Positions 19,101-28,444 are shown, counted from the first letter of the stretch. The stretch is DNA of 64,000 bases from a bacterium (GCA_037138855.1 JBAXHO010000001.1:6105-70104); one strand, 5' to 3'. Program-made: numbers and translations. The notes: a model not told the origin generated them from the letters alone.

Positions 19101-22100
19101 AGGGAGGTATGCTACTAATTCATATTAAGAAAGATAATTTAAATTTTGATACAACTCCTAATGTTCAGCTACAGCGTTGGATAACAGGAAATTTTAATGT
19201 AGAAGTAGATATGCTCCAATGGCAAACACCATTACCATTAGATAAGAAAGATACAGCAGTGGCTGCATTCCAAATTGTAGATAATACAGGATATGTCAGA
19301 AAAATTTGGTTTGAAGCAGCAACTTTATCAGATGGGGTAACAATTGATCCGAATAATTATCTATTAGCTTCTGATTCATATAAATTTAAAATTTTAGTAC
19401 CAAGATATGGTTCGGTACGATTGAAGGCAATTAAAACAGGTGAAGAAATCTCATATTTTTATACGGTTTTAAATCGTAACGATGGTAGTACGACTACAGG
19501 TTTTATTGGAAAAGATACTGGAGTGAAGGGAGTAAATGTTATGCCAATAATGAAGATGTCATCACCTCTAGCAAATACTTTTGAATTTGATAATTTCACT
19601 TTAAATTGTGATCAGGCAGTACCGGTATGTACATCATTTCAAAATATGTGGATAGAAGGATGTCAGAGTTGGAATGCAGCAGATCCAACGGCAAATGCTA
19701 GCTGTATCACAAACAATGCAAATGTTCAGATTCATTTAAACTCTCCTAATGCCAGTCAAATGCAGTTCTATGAAAAAACTGCAAACCTAAATATACCATG
19801 TAGTGCGCTTGATCCTGGTACATTTCCTCCAGAACAATATTATTCTTCAACACAAAATATTACATTATCATCGACACCAGGAGAGAAGCAGGTATGTGTA
19901 CGATTAACTAATAGTAATGGGTCAAGCCAATGCGGAGGAAAGATCTGGTTCCAACCATCAATTACACCTACAATTTCTACAATACCATCACCAACTCCGA
20001 CACCTCAAGGGGCACCGCAGTGTACATCTTTTGTGAATATGTGGTTGGAGAATTGTAAAACTAATCAGATGACAGGTCCAGCTTGTACAATTAATACAAA
20101 CAAATTAAATATCAATTTAGCTGTACCCAATATTACAGCTGGATCGATGATGAGTTTTTATGAGAGAACGGCAGCAGATGATCCCAAGGCTCTATGTAGT
20201 TCCTTTGATCCAAATAAATTTTCTACACCAGTTGATTATGCTACTCAGGTAAAAGATTACCAATTACAAGCTACAACTGGACAAGTGAAGGTCTGTGTTC
20301 GTTTAGTGAATGGTAGTGGTGCTGCTAGTCAGTGCGGTGGTGGTATTAATATTGTAGAACCTGTGTATCGAATTCTTCAAACTGCTGTAAATACAAATGT
20401 TACACTATCAGGAATTACTCTGCAGGGAGGTAGGGCAGATGGAGTTGGAGGAGCAACTATGGGTGGAGCTATAGCTAACTATGGAATTATGAATTTGAAT
20501 AATTCTATTTTAACAAATAACTCTGCGGTTTCTTCAGGAGGTGCAATATACAACGAAGGTATGCTTAGGATAAACGCTTCAAGAATATTTGCAAATACTA
20601 CTAAAGGGACTGGAATTGGTGGTGGAGGAGCAATTTATAACAATGGTACTCAATTAAACATTAGCACTTCAGCGCTAAATAGTAATCAATCTGGATCTGC
20701 CGGAGGAGGTGCGATTCTTTCTCGAGGTAGTGAGGTAAATATTTTAAAAAGTTCCTTCAAAGATAATATTACTACTGGTTCTGGAGGTGCTCTGAATTTC
20801 TTCAATGATCATGCCAGTATTCTGAAAAACATCATTATTAACTCTACATTTGCAGATAACTCTGTGCAATCAGGAGAAATCTATTCTAATGCAAGTTATC
20901 AATATAGTTTAGTGACAAATATTTCATTTTCAACTTTTACTTCAAAGAGTTCTGGGTCAAATACACTAGGAACAACATTGTTTGCAACTGGAAAGTCGGA
21001 AATGTTTATTAAAAATAACATTATCGCTGATAATCGTACAACTCAATGCAATTCACCTTTATTGATCGATAGTTCTGGAGGTAATGTGGTCTTAGATAGA
21101 TCATGTTTACAAGATCCAAATAATTTGAATGGCGATATTATTCAAAATCCAAAATTACAAGTTGAGGCTTCAAATGTAAATTATTATTCAGTTGCATATC
21201 CTATTGATCTTACTAGTCCAGCTGTTGATGCTGTTAAGGATTGTATGGATCTCGATATTACAACAATTGTCGAAGATCAGTGGGGTAGAGTAAGACCAAA
21301 TGGTAGTCTTTGTGACAGTGGTGCTTATGAATTTCTAATGGATGTGACACCTACTATTTCCACAATACCTTCACCAACCCCAACTCCAGTGGGAGCACCA
21401 GCATGTACATCTTTTGTAAACATGTGGATTGAGAATTGTAATGATAGTCAGGTTCCTGCTGGTCTTTGTACGGTATATAAAAATCATGTAACAATTCATT
21501 TGAATACGACAAATGCTAGTATGATGAGTTTTTATGAAAGGACGGCAGCAGATGATGTCAATGCGTTATGTAGTTCATTTGATCCTACTAAATTTTCGCC
21601 ACGAGTAAATTATGCTTCACAAGTAGATAATTTTCTATTGCATGCAACACCAGGGAAAGTAAAGGTATGTGTACGATTTGAGAATAGTAATGGAGCAGCG
21701 AGTCAGTGTGGTGGAGTGATTATTCTTGGAGATGCAATACCTACAGTGACACCATCCGTTACTCCTGTGCAGCCAAGTAATACTGTGATGCCATCAGCTA
21801 CAGCTGGGGTACAAAATAGTAATACACCGACACCAATTCGACCATCAAATACTGCTTCTGTCCCGACTAATACGAGGCCAGTGGTATATTACAGCGCGAC
21901 ACCTAGACCAACAACAAATGGCATAGTGACACCGACTATAACCGGTACAATTACCATAACTCCCAGTGGTTCGATTACAGTTACTCCGACAATAAAAGTA
22001 ACTGTCACTAATACTGGTACAGTGACACCTACAACAACGAATGGCGGTGGAATTTTAGGAAACTTTGATTTTGGTACATTTTTCTCCGACTTATTAAGTG

Positions 22101-22240
22101 GTAAGGCTTCACCATGGGGTTATCTTGGAGTAGCGCTTTGTTGCTTGTTCTGGTTGATATTGCTCTTATTATTAGTAGGATTGTTACGTCGCAGAAAAGA
22201 TGAAAATGGTGCCAATGCCATGTTTACTAATCAGATTTAG
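16199..22240 (+). CDS. Giant (2013 aa) surface adhesin: N-terminal TM, 6 copies of a ~120-aa 4-Cys domain (CTSFxNMW...QCGG), two polymorphic-membrane-protein (Pmp GGAI/FxxN) beta-helix regions, a lectin/LamG-like domain, a Thr/Pro stalk, and a C-terminal TM with RRRK stop-transfer
   Basis: Repeated GGAIY / GGGIYN / FHAN / FEGN / FKLN motifs. Six CTSF(Q/V/T)NMW(I/L)E..C modules. C-terminal TPTITGTITITPSG...LGVALCCLFWLILLLLLVGLLRRRK. Confidence 0.8.
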   Translation: MEPQSAQSINHVAQIRKYFPIIIVTVVVLVAALAIVVVQRIRINNLPNTGTDNPIPTVPPTCDLVCADGHLDPNICSCVPDVTSIISTNTPILIMGNYLLKSMSVSLDQATGNNVITYKVQNDGTAEIAGNSFQNTYWINPVPEPSSINNIQPTQSLFQAKILTSQRLSAGTSGLGTISINNSSIPAGVYKLCMWYDSSKAVNEANENDNILCSQVTLAIPEAPACTSFTNMWINDCNSTGLLGTPQCATTSDKATIHYNSNAASMKFLDATSMPGILCSAIPDSTFTGQSQIYDANNPTINWTLTPGFGLKKICVRFENSAGSSKCGGTINYTGVTPVVTNTAIPVSPPQCTSFQNMWIEGCQSWNAADPTANASCITNNTNVQINLNSSNATTMRFYEKTANLDIACSALDPGAFPVVFQSYYPTHNITLSSTPGEKQVCVSLGNSAGSSQCGGKIWFQPSITPTISTIPSPTPTPQGAPECTSFVNMWLENCKTNQMTGPDCTINTNKLNINLAVPNITAGSKMSFYEKTAADDPKVLCNSIDPNKFSTPVDYATQVKDYQLQATTGQVKVCVRLVNSSGAASQCGGGINIVEPVYRILKVESGAVVTLSGLTLMGGRADIGAAIENFSFLEINNSIIANNIADVYGGGIYNEGYLSVRNSIFHANSIGNTNGAGGAIYSRNTNGGSYLQNSLTISKTMFEGNIAGTGGGGAIYSEDTPVMISRSSFKLNLAPSGGALYLTAIRSNDILNRIDNSTFASNTSMYGVINNTGSSKHVRLDLMFSTFVSDLPSSANNFTLYSGTNSEINFRNNILAAKGATQCNSIPNSLGGNVIIDSSCTVLPVSNNDIVGTQVNPLLSAEQTIPGNKTVFFSIDQSSPAFNNAINCTGTPIDQLEQTRPQGSACDSGAYEFPIPVTTTVTPTPATVAMTCSEGFTDDFGRFMIDSSRWKVNIADSLKTSVEINAQGGMLLIHIKKDNLNFDTTPNVQLQRWITGNFNVEVDMLQWQTPLPLDKKDTAVAAFQIVDNTGYVRKIWFEAATLSDGVTIDPNNYLLASDSYKFKILVPRYGSVRLKAIKTGEEISYFYTVLNRNDGSTTTGFIGKDTGVKGVNVMPIMKMSSPLANTFEFDNFTLNCDQAVPVCTSFQNMWIEGCQSWNAADPTANASCITNNANVQIHLNSPNASQMQFYEKTANLNIPCSALDPGTFPPEQYYSSTQNITLSSTPGEKQVCVRLTNSNGSSQCGGKIWFQPSITPTISTIPSPTPTPQGAPQCTSFVNMWLENCKTNQMTGPACTINTNKLNINLAVPNITAGSMMSFYERTAADDPKALCSSFDPNKFSTPVDYATQVKDYQLQATTGQVKVCVRLVNGSGAASQCGGGINIVEPVYRILQTAVNTNVTLSGITLQGGRADGVGGATMGGAIANYGIMNLNNSILTNNSAVSSGGAIYNEGMLRINASRIFANTTKGTGIGGGGAIYNNGTQLNISTSALNSNQSGSAGGGAILSRGSEVNILKSSFKDNITTGSGGALNFFNDHASILKNIIINSTFADNSVQSGEIYSNASYQYSLVTNISFSTFTSKSSGSNTLGTTLFATGKSEMFIKNNIIADNRTTQCNSPLLIDSSGGNVVLDRSCLQDPNNLNGDIIQNPKLQVEASNVNYYSVAYPIDLTSPAVDAVKDCMDLDITTIVEDQWGRVRPNGSLCDSGAYEFLMDVTPTISTIPSPTPTPVGAPACTSFVNMWIENCNDSQVPAGLCTVYKNHVTIHLNTTNASMMSFYERTAADDVNALCSSFDPTKFSPRVNYASQVDNFLLHATPGKVKVCVRFENSNGAASQCGGVIILGDAIPTVTPSVTPVQPSNTVMPSATAGVQNSNTPTPIRPSNTASVPTNTRPVVYYSATPRPTTNGIVTPTITGTITITPSGSITVTPTIKVTVTNTGTVTPTTTNGGGILGNFDFGTFFSDLLSGKASPWGYLGVALCCLFWLILLLLLVGLLRRRKDENGANAMFTNQI

Positions 22241-22284
22241 CAAAGAGAAAAGAATATAGGAATCAAAGAATAGAAAGCGTTATA

Positions 22285-22327
22285 AAGTCCTCGGTAATCA
22301 ATTGTAAGATTACCGAGGACTTTTTGT
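22285..22327 (+). terminator. Rho-independent terminator of the giant adhesin gene
   Basis: GTCCTCGGTAATC aattgtaa GATTACCGAGGAC TTTTTG. Confidence 0.75.
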
Positions 22328-22365
22328 AAGTAGTTAAGATTATGCAGCTGGTAATTAATAAATAA

Positions 22366-22394
22366 TTGACAGAATGAAATCCTTTAGTTATAGT
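22366..22394 (+). promoter_or_regulatory. Sigma-70-like promoter TTGACA-17-TATAGT driving the cysK leader
   Basis: TTGACA at 22366-22371, a 17-nt spacer, TATAGT at 22389-22394. Confidence 0.5.
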
Positions 22395-22486
22395 TGCTTT
22401 ATGGTTTACTTAATTAATACATTCAATTCTTGTTGTTGTCCACACTTAGTGGACTAGAATTGTATTAAATAATTATTCAATTTATA

Positions 22487-22518
22487 GCTAGTCCTTTAAA
22501 TAAGACTAGCTTTTTTTT
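22487..22518 (+). promoter_or_regulatory. Leader hairpin plus U8 (intrinsic terminator/attenuator) 21 nt upstream of the cysK start
   Basis: GCTAGTC ctttaaataa GACTAGC TTTTTTTT, preceded by a second hairpin GTCCAC actta GTGGAC at 22436-22452. Confidence 0.45.
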
Positions 22519-22539
22519 ATCTATTAAATTTTAAAAATT

Positions 22540-23433
22540 ATGCAGAATTCTAAATTAGTTGTTGCTGAAAATATTTTTGAGTTAATTGGGAATACCCCGT
22601 TGCTTAGGATTCCTCTAGAACAATCAGAAATAAAGCTTTATGCCAAGCTGGAAGGGCAGAATATCGGTGGTTCGGTAAAAGACCGTGCTGCATATTCGAT
22701 GATTGTGGAAGCTGAAAAAAGAGGTGAATTAACAAAAGAAATGGAAATTATTGAAGCGACCAGTGGTAATACTGGTATTGCTTTAGCGATGATAGCAGCT
22801 GTCAAAGGCTATAAAATCACTATTGTGATGTCAGAAGCGATGAGTGTCGAGCGACGCAAAATGATTCAATTATATGGAGCCAATTTAATTTTAACTCCGG
22901 CAGCATTAGGTACTGGTGGAGCGATAACAAAAGTTCATGAAATGATGGCAGCTCAACCAGGTAAATACTGGCATGCTAATCAACATGATAATCCGGATAA
23001 TGCTTTGATTCATTACAATACCACTGCTATGGAAATTCTAGAACAACTTCCTGATGTCACACACATTTTCGCCGGTATCGGTACTTTTGGAACTGTACGA
23101 GGTATATCTAAACGTTTTAGAGAAGAGAAACGAGCTATCAAAATTATCGGAATTGAACCTTTTGCAGGTATACCAATTCAGGGATTACGCAATATGTCTG
23201 AAATAAATCCTCCGCAACTATTTGATAAGAATTTTTTAGATGAGATAATCAACGTTGATGCTCAATTTGCTAAACCACGTTTGGAAGAATTAGCTAGAAA
23301 GTCTGGATTATTTGTTGGATTTAGTTCCGCAGCAATTTATCATGGTGCATTAACTTATTTAAAAAATGTTGATTCAGCCACGGCAGTAATGATTTTTCCA
23401 GATAAAGGTGAAAAGTATCTGAGTATGATATAA
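22540..23433 (+). CDS. cysK: Cysteine synthase (O-acetylserine sulfhydrylase, PLP-dependent)
   Basis: LIGNTPLLRI, ...GSVKDRAA (PLP-Lys), SGNTGIALA. 297 aa. Confidence 0.9.
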   Translation: MQNSKLVVAENIFELIGNTPLLRIPLEQSEIKLYAKLEGQNIGGSVKDRAAYSMIVEAEKRGELTKEMEIIEATSGNTGIALAMIAAVKGYKITIVMSEAMSVERRKMIQLYGANLILTPAALGTGGAITKVHEMMAAQPGKYWHANQHDNPDNALIHYNTTAMEILEQLPDVTHIFAGIGTFGTVRGISKRFREEKRAIKIIGIEPFAGIPIQGLRNMSEINPPQLFDKNFLDEIINVDAQFAKPRLEELARKSGLFVGFSSAAIYHGALTYLKNVDSATAVMIFPDKGEKYLSMI

Positions 23434-23689
23434 AATGGAAGTTGGAGAATCGTATATCGCATTTCGCATATCGGAAAGGAGAAAGAAAATTTAGGAATTT
23501 GAGAATCTAAGAATCTAAGAATTAGTGAAGACGTAGTGCAAATTTTGAATAGTACTATAGATTGTATTCAATAGACAGACATTAGTTATTAGGAAGATAG
23601 TTGATTTATATATTTTTTTAACTAATATCTTTTAACTTTTAGCTATTATCTATTAATTCCAGCTATATTTATACATTAATTAAATCATC

Positions 23690-25129
23690 ATGCTGAAGGT
23701 TTACAACACACTTACCAAGCAAAAACAGGAGTTTATTCCCATCGAACCTAAAAAGGTAATGTTTTATCATTGTGGTCCGACAGTTTACTGGGTACAACAT
23801 ATCGGGAATCTTCGCGGTATGATCTGTGCTGATTTAATTCGTCGCTCTTTGATTTACATGGGTTATGAAGTTAAATTTGTTCGTAATTATACCGACGTTG
23901 GGCATCTGACTGGTGATAACATCGGAGATGCAGATACTGGTGAAGATCGCATGGAAAAAGCTGCGAAACGAGAAGGATTGGATCCAGACAAAATTGCCAA
24001 TAAATATATTGAACTTTTTAATATTGACTTGGAGAAGTTGAATATTCTGCAGCCAACTTATACACCAAGGGCGACAGAATTTATCCAGCAAATGATAGAT
24101 TTAGTGCAGGTTTTACTGGATAAAGGTTTTGCCTACGCCACACCTAAGGCAATTTATTTCGATGTTACTAAAAAAGCAGACTACAATAAATTAAATCGGC
24201 AAAATCTTGAGGAAAATCGTCAAGGTTCTGGCACCGGAGATGTAAGTGATCCAGCTAAAAAGCATCCCTTTGATTTTGCTTTATGGTTTTTCAAAACTGG
24301 AGTGCATAGTAATGCTTTGCAAACCTGGGAGTCACCGTTTAGTTCAACTGAAGTTGAAAAGGGACGAGGGTTTCCTGGCTGGCATATCGAGTGTAGTGCA
24401 ATGTCCAGCTCTCTCTTAGCCGATACGATTGATTTACATATGGGTGGTATTGAGCATATTGCGATTCATCACACCAATGAAATTGCTCAAAGCGAATCTG
24501 CCAGTGGCAAGGAATTTGTCCATTACTGGCTGCACAACGAGCATTTAACTGTAGATGATCAGAAGATGTCAAAGTCACTTGGTAATGTATATGCAGTTTC
24601 CGATATTGAAGCTAAGGGTTATGATCCACTTGCCTTACGTTATTTTTTCTTGCAAGCGCATTACCGTTCTAAGCAAAACTTCACCTGGGAAGCACTGGAT
24701 GCAGCCAAGCAAGCCTTTTCCAAACTGAAAAAAGAGGTTCTAAACTGGAAAAAAGCTGAAAGTAGCTCAAATACAGCCGAAAATGAGGTGGAAACCCTAA
24801 AAAATGAGTTTCTAAGGGCTCTGGAAGATGATTTTAATATTCCTCAAGCACTTGCAGTGGTTTGGAAAACCAATAATTTTAAAGCCCTGTCTGATCAGGA
24901 AAAATTAAATTTGGTTTTGGACTTTGATAAAGTATTAGGTTTGAAATTAAGTGAAGTGAAGGAAAATCAGGTAGAGATACCAGAAGCTGTGAAAAAATTA
25001 CTTGAGGAAAGACAACTTGCCAGGGTAAATAAAGACTGGGCAAAATCAGATCAAATTCGTGAACAGATTAAAAAGGAATTCGGGATGTTGGTTGAGGATA
25101 GTGGTGAAGGACAGAAGATTATCGGTTAA
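23690..25129 (+). CDS. cysS: Cysteinyl-tRNA synthetase
   Basis: Class I motifs HCGPTVY...HIGN (HIGH-like) and KMSKSLGN; 479 aa. Confidence 0.9.
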   Translation: MLKVYNTLTKQKQEFIPIEPKKVMFYHCGPTVYWVQHIGNLRGMICADLIRRSLIYMGYEVKFVRNYTDVGHLTGDNIGDADTGEDRMEKAAKREGLDPDKIANKYIELFNIDLEKLNILQPTYTPRATEFIQQMIDLVQVLLDKGFAYATPKAIYFDVTKKADYNKLNRQNLEENRQGSGTGDVSDPAKKHPFDFALWFFKTGVHSNALQTWESPFSSTEVEKGRGFPGWHIECSAMSSSLLADTIDLHMGGIEHIAIHHTNEIAQSESASGKEFVHYWLHNEHLTVDDQKMSKSLGNVYAVSDIEAKGYDPLALRYFFLQAHYRSKQNFTWEALDAAKQAFSKLKKEVLNWKKAESSSNTAENEVETLKNEFLRALEDDFNIPQALAVVWKTNNFKALSDQEKLNLVLDFDKVLGLKLSEVKENQVEIPEAVKKLLEERQLARVNKDWAKSDQIREQIKKEFGMLVEDSGEGQKIIG

Positions 25130-25159
25130 TTACCGAAAATTATCATTATCATAATTTCC

Positions 25160-25600
25160 TCACTTAAATTTTTTTAAGATGAGATAAATAATAATACCGC
25201 CAATACATAATGTTCCAAAAGCTCCAATCATATAAATAATAGGTGAAATTGAGCTATTTGATAATTTGATAGTTAATGTTTTTTGGGAAACTGCAGCACC
25301 TAGCACAATAGATTGAATGTATTCTTTATTATTGATTGTGATGACTACTTTATAGGTTCCATTTGGAATATTTTCAATTTGAATAAAGCCCTTATCGTCG
25401 GTTATGTAATCTCTATCATTCAAATTGACTTTTACATTTGTAGCAGGTTTTCCATTGGGGCTAATCACTTGTATCTTGAACATTTCTGCTGTTGCTTGTT
25501 CATTTGAAAAAATCATTGTAGGGATAAGAATATATTCGGTCGTAGGAGTTATTGTGGGTGGTATGGTTAAGACAATGGTTGGAATTGATGAAGGTTTCAA
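25160..25600 (-). CDS. C-terminal portion of a split surface protein: TP-rich stalk remainder, CarbopepD_reg/Ig-like beta-sandwich, C-terminal TM anchor
   Basis: KIQVISPNGKPATNVKVNLNDRDYITDDKGFIQIENIPNGTYKV (carboxypeptidase-regulatory-like fold), then IYMIGAFGTLCIGGIIIYLILKKFK. The 5' end lies 8 bp from the stop of the upstream ORF, in a different frame. Confidence 0.55.
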   Translation of the reverse strand: MKPSSIPTIVLTIPPTITPTTEYILIPTMIFSNEQATAEMFKIQVISPNGKPATNVKVNLNDRDYITDDKGFIQIENIPNGTYKVVITINNKEYIQSIVLGAAVSQKTLTIKLSNSSISPIIYMIGAFGTLCIGGIIIYLILKKFK

Positions 25601-25608
25601 AGTAAATG

Positions 25609-27612
25609 TTAAACGTGATGTTGGAATTTTGGTATTAACAACAATAGGCGTAGCGTATGGACCTGTAATGGAGTGTTTGTAGGTACATTTGTAGTAACTA
25701 GAATAGTTGTATTAGTAGGTAAGATTGTAGCAGTGGTAATTGGAGTAGTTGTACTAGTAGGTAAGATTGTAGCAGTGGTAATTGGAATGATTGTACTAGC
25801 AGGTGTGCTTGTAGGTATGAGAGTTGAAACTGGTGTATTGGTTGGAGAGTTGGTTGAAGTTGGGACAGCTGTAGCAAATGGAGTAGGAGTAGGTGTGTCA
25901 GTCAGAGTGGGTGTTGGCGTTGGGCTGGGATTTTCCTGGTAAGCACCGATATTTGTCCCGTCATTAGCACTAGAAATGATTGGAGAGCCAATGTTCGGTG
26001 TACTGCATAAAATAACTCTATCTCTCAGTTGCTCAATCGGCAGAGCCAATAATTGCGCTCTGCTACACTGGCTTTCATCAGAAATTGTAGGATTGGTATC
26101 CATAAATTTAGAATGAAACTCATATGCCTGCTGTTCGTTATACGGGTCATTGTTTAGGCATTTGATAGCAAGAGAACCCAACCGCACTACACAGGTAGTA
26201 CTATCAGTTTTCGTTTTCGGATAGTATGCATTAAAATCGCTCTCAGCAGGTAAATAACCAGCATATGAATAAACATGATATTCACCTCTTGTAATGCCTG
26301 AGCCAGAGACTCTCCTAGCGCCTATCATCAAGTTATTCATTATTACATTTTCGATCCCAGGATAAGAAAGTGATTTTATACTGGTGTATTCACTAACATT
26401 TCCTGAAGTCTCACTGATACCAACAATAGTATTATTCTTTATGATATTTGCTGCAGATCTTTCAGTTATACTAATTCCATTGGCATTGTAAGTAAACTGC
26501 GCCCAGGAATAAAGATAATTATGGTGAATATTGTTTTCATAAGATGCCATATATGTTGGAACACTTTCGGAATTTAAGTATTTGTAGGCTTCGACTCTAT
26601 CGCTACCGGGGTCAGAAGGGGATTCACTCATTACCCGAATTCCATTGTTGGGAGAACCAACTATTACATTATCAGTGATTTCGTTATTATGTCCGCGGAC
26701 ATCTATCTCGCTTCCCTCAACAAACTGCCTAGTTGCTGATATAGTATTACCACGAACAATATTATTTCTTGTATCAGGCTTGAGCTCAACTGCCTCATTC
26801 CAGGAGTTAATAATATTATTATTTTCAATTACATTGCCTTCGACCCAGGTCCGGCTAAAGCCTTGTTCCGGAGACCAACAGTTTCCCGACACCACATTGC
26901 CGGCACTACCGACATAGAAGCTTTCATCTAAATTTTCAATTGTATTATTACTAAATGTACTATTTATAGTTTTGCATATTGAAAAACCTGTATTTTGACT
27001 ACCATCATGTTCTACTATGGTAACTCCATTTTTATCGTGTCTTCCTTTAACCTCACCAATACCGAGGCTGGAATAGTATGTGCAACCGGCATATTCGCCT
27101 ATTTCACTCGGGCTACAATTACCGTCAAATCCTAAATGAATGTAGTTATTTTTTATAGTTAGATCTGAAGAGATATAAATTGGAAATCCCGAACGGGAAA
27201 TATCAACAATCTCAAAGCCATCTATAGTAATATATGATGAATTTACCAGCCTAATGCCTGAATAGCCTTTGAGAACTGGTCTTTGATCAGGATCATAAGC
27301 CTTGAGAATAATATTATTTCCGAGTGCACCATGTTTATTGACAAAAGAAGCGACTTCGCCATAGATATTATTGTCAGACTGAGTATAATTCCCGGGTATT
27401 ACAAGAATTGTATCGCCCGGAGCGCTTGTCATATCTATGCCTTTCTGTATTGTCTTGAATGGAGTCGAAATTGATAAGCCTGAATTGGAATCATCTCCGT
27501 CAGGTGCAACGTAATAAGTAGAACTGGCAAAGACCGGAACTACAAAAAGGCATAATAAAAGAAAAGCACTAATTATGGCTAATCCGTATTTCAATTTGAT
27601 AACTGAAAACAT
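25609..27612 (-). CDS. Secreted right-handed parallel beta-helix (pectate-lyase/NosD-like) repeat protein with a TP-rich stalk; the 3' end appears frameshifted into the 25160-25600 ORF
   Basis: Signal peptide MFSVIKLKYGLAIISAFLLLCLFVVPVFASS. Repeated N-rich beta-helix rungs (NNTI, GNVIEN, NNIV). Tandem 42-bp DNA repeats encode PITTATILPTSTTT. The last ~20 residues look like out-of-frame garbage. Confidence 0.7.
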   Translation of the reverse strand: MFSVIKLKYGLAIISAFLLLCLFVVPVFASSTYYVAPDGDDSNSGLSISTPFKTIQKGIDMTSAPGDTILVIPGNYTQSDNNIYGEVASFVNKHGALGNNIILKAYDPDQRPVLKGYSGIRLVNSSYITIDGFEIVDISRSGFPIYISSDLTIKNNYIHLGFDGNCSPSEIGEYAGCTYYSSLGIGEVKGRHDKNGVTIVEHDGSQNTGFSICKTINSTFSNNTIENLDESFYVGSAGNVVSGNCWSPEQGFSRTWVEGNVIENNNIINSWNEAVELKPDTRNNIVRGNTISATRQFVEGSEIDVRGHNNEITDNVIVGSPNNGIRVMSESPSDPGSDRVEAYKYLNSESVPTYMASYENNIHHNYLYSWAQFTYNANGISITERSAANIIKNNTIVGISETSGNVSEYTSIKSLSYPGIENVIMNNLMIGARRVSGSGITRGEYHVYSYAGYLPAESDFNAYYPKTKTDSTTCVVRLGSLAIKCLNNDPYNEQQAYEFHSKFMDTNPTISDESQCSRAQLLALPIEQLRDRVILCSTPNIGSPIISSANDGTNIGAYQENPSPTPTPTLTDTPTPTPFATAVPTSTNSPTNTPVSTLIPTSTPASTIIPITTATILPTSTTTPITTATILPTNTTILVTTNVPTNTPLQVHTLRLLLLIPKFQHHV

Positions 27613-27950
27613 TACTTTTTCAAGATTTCTAATATAATAATCATATATGTTATAAAAAGTGTTAGCAAGATTATGACTTGAAATTCTGAACCAGAAATCC
27701 AGAAACTATTTTCTGGATAATTTTTTATGGTGAAATGTAAGATATCCTGCACCAAAGAGGAAAATTCTGTAGTTCAAGCTTATGAGATTTATTTTGGTAT
27801 TGGTAAGTAATGACAGGAATTATTGCTAAATAAGATTGCTTGCGCATTTTGGTGAAGTTAATTAATTTTATTATAGTCAAATTATCTTGAGAAAGAAAGA
27901 ATTATGCATTATTTAGCGCAATAGGAGAGAATGGTTTATAATTGATTGGA

Positions 27951-28006
27951 ATCTAGGAATCTAGGAATCTAGGAATCTAGGAATCTAGGAATCTAGGAAT
28001 CTAGGA
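27951..28006. repeat. Perfect tandem octamer (AATCTAGG)x7 in a divergent promoter region
   Basis: Read directly from the sequence; it lies between the starts of the 27612 (-) and 28068 (+) genes. Confidence 0.95.
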
Positions 28007-28067
28007 ATAAAGGATAGTTAAAAGTTAAAATTCAAAATTAAAATCTGTAAAGGAAATAAAAGAAGTT

Positions 28068-28424
28068 ATGAATATAATTACTAACTGGAAAATTAAACAG
28101 AGTATCTATTCCAGATATGATAAGGCTTATCAGGAATTATTTCAGTATTTTTTTGATAAACAAGCTCTTAGTGCTGAAAGAGCAATTCAAATTAGCCAAG
28201 TTGAGCTAAAAAAAATTGGAATTAAATTTGCCCCAGGAGATTTTTCTTGTTTTAGAGAGATTAGTCCACAAATTTATTGGTTAGATAAATTAGAATTGAA
28301 ACGTTGTGAAAGGAGACAAAAGAAAATTGTAAAAATTTCGGTAATCTTTTTAATTTCATTGATTGTGTTTATTCCTGTTTTAGGATATTGGGTGATATTA
28401 TTATATTTAGCCAATTTTTATTAA
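28068..28424 (+). CDS. Hypothetical protein with a C-terminal TM helix
   Basis: 118 aa ORF, 20 bp upstream of the DHH gene. Confidence 0.4.
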   Translation: MNIITNWKIKQSIYSRYDKAYQELFQYFFDKQALSAERAIQISQVELKKIGIKFAPGDFSCFREISPQIYWLDKLELKRCERRQKKIVKISVIFLISLIVFIPVLGYWVILLYLANFY

Positions 28425-28444
28425 TTACCAATTATTGATAAATC

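Noticed and set aside
27951-28006. Possible CRISPR array (regular short direct repeats here and at 36128-36277).
   Set aside because: Units are 8 bp with no spacers (a microsatellite). The 25-bp repeat at ssrA occurs only twice. No cas genes are present.
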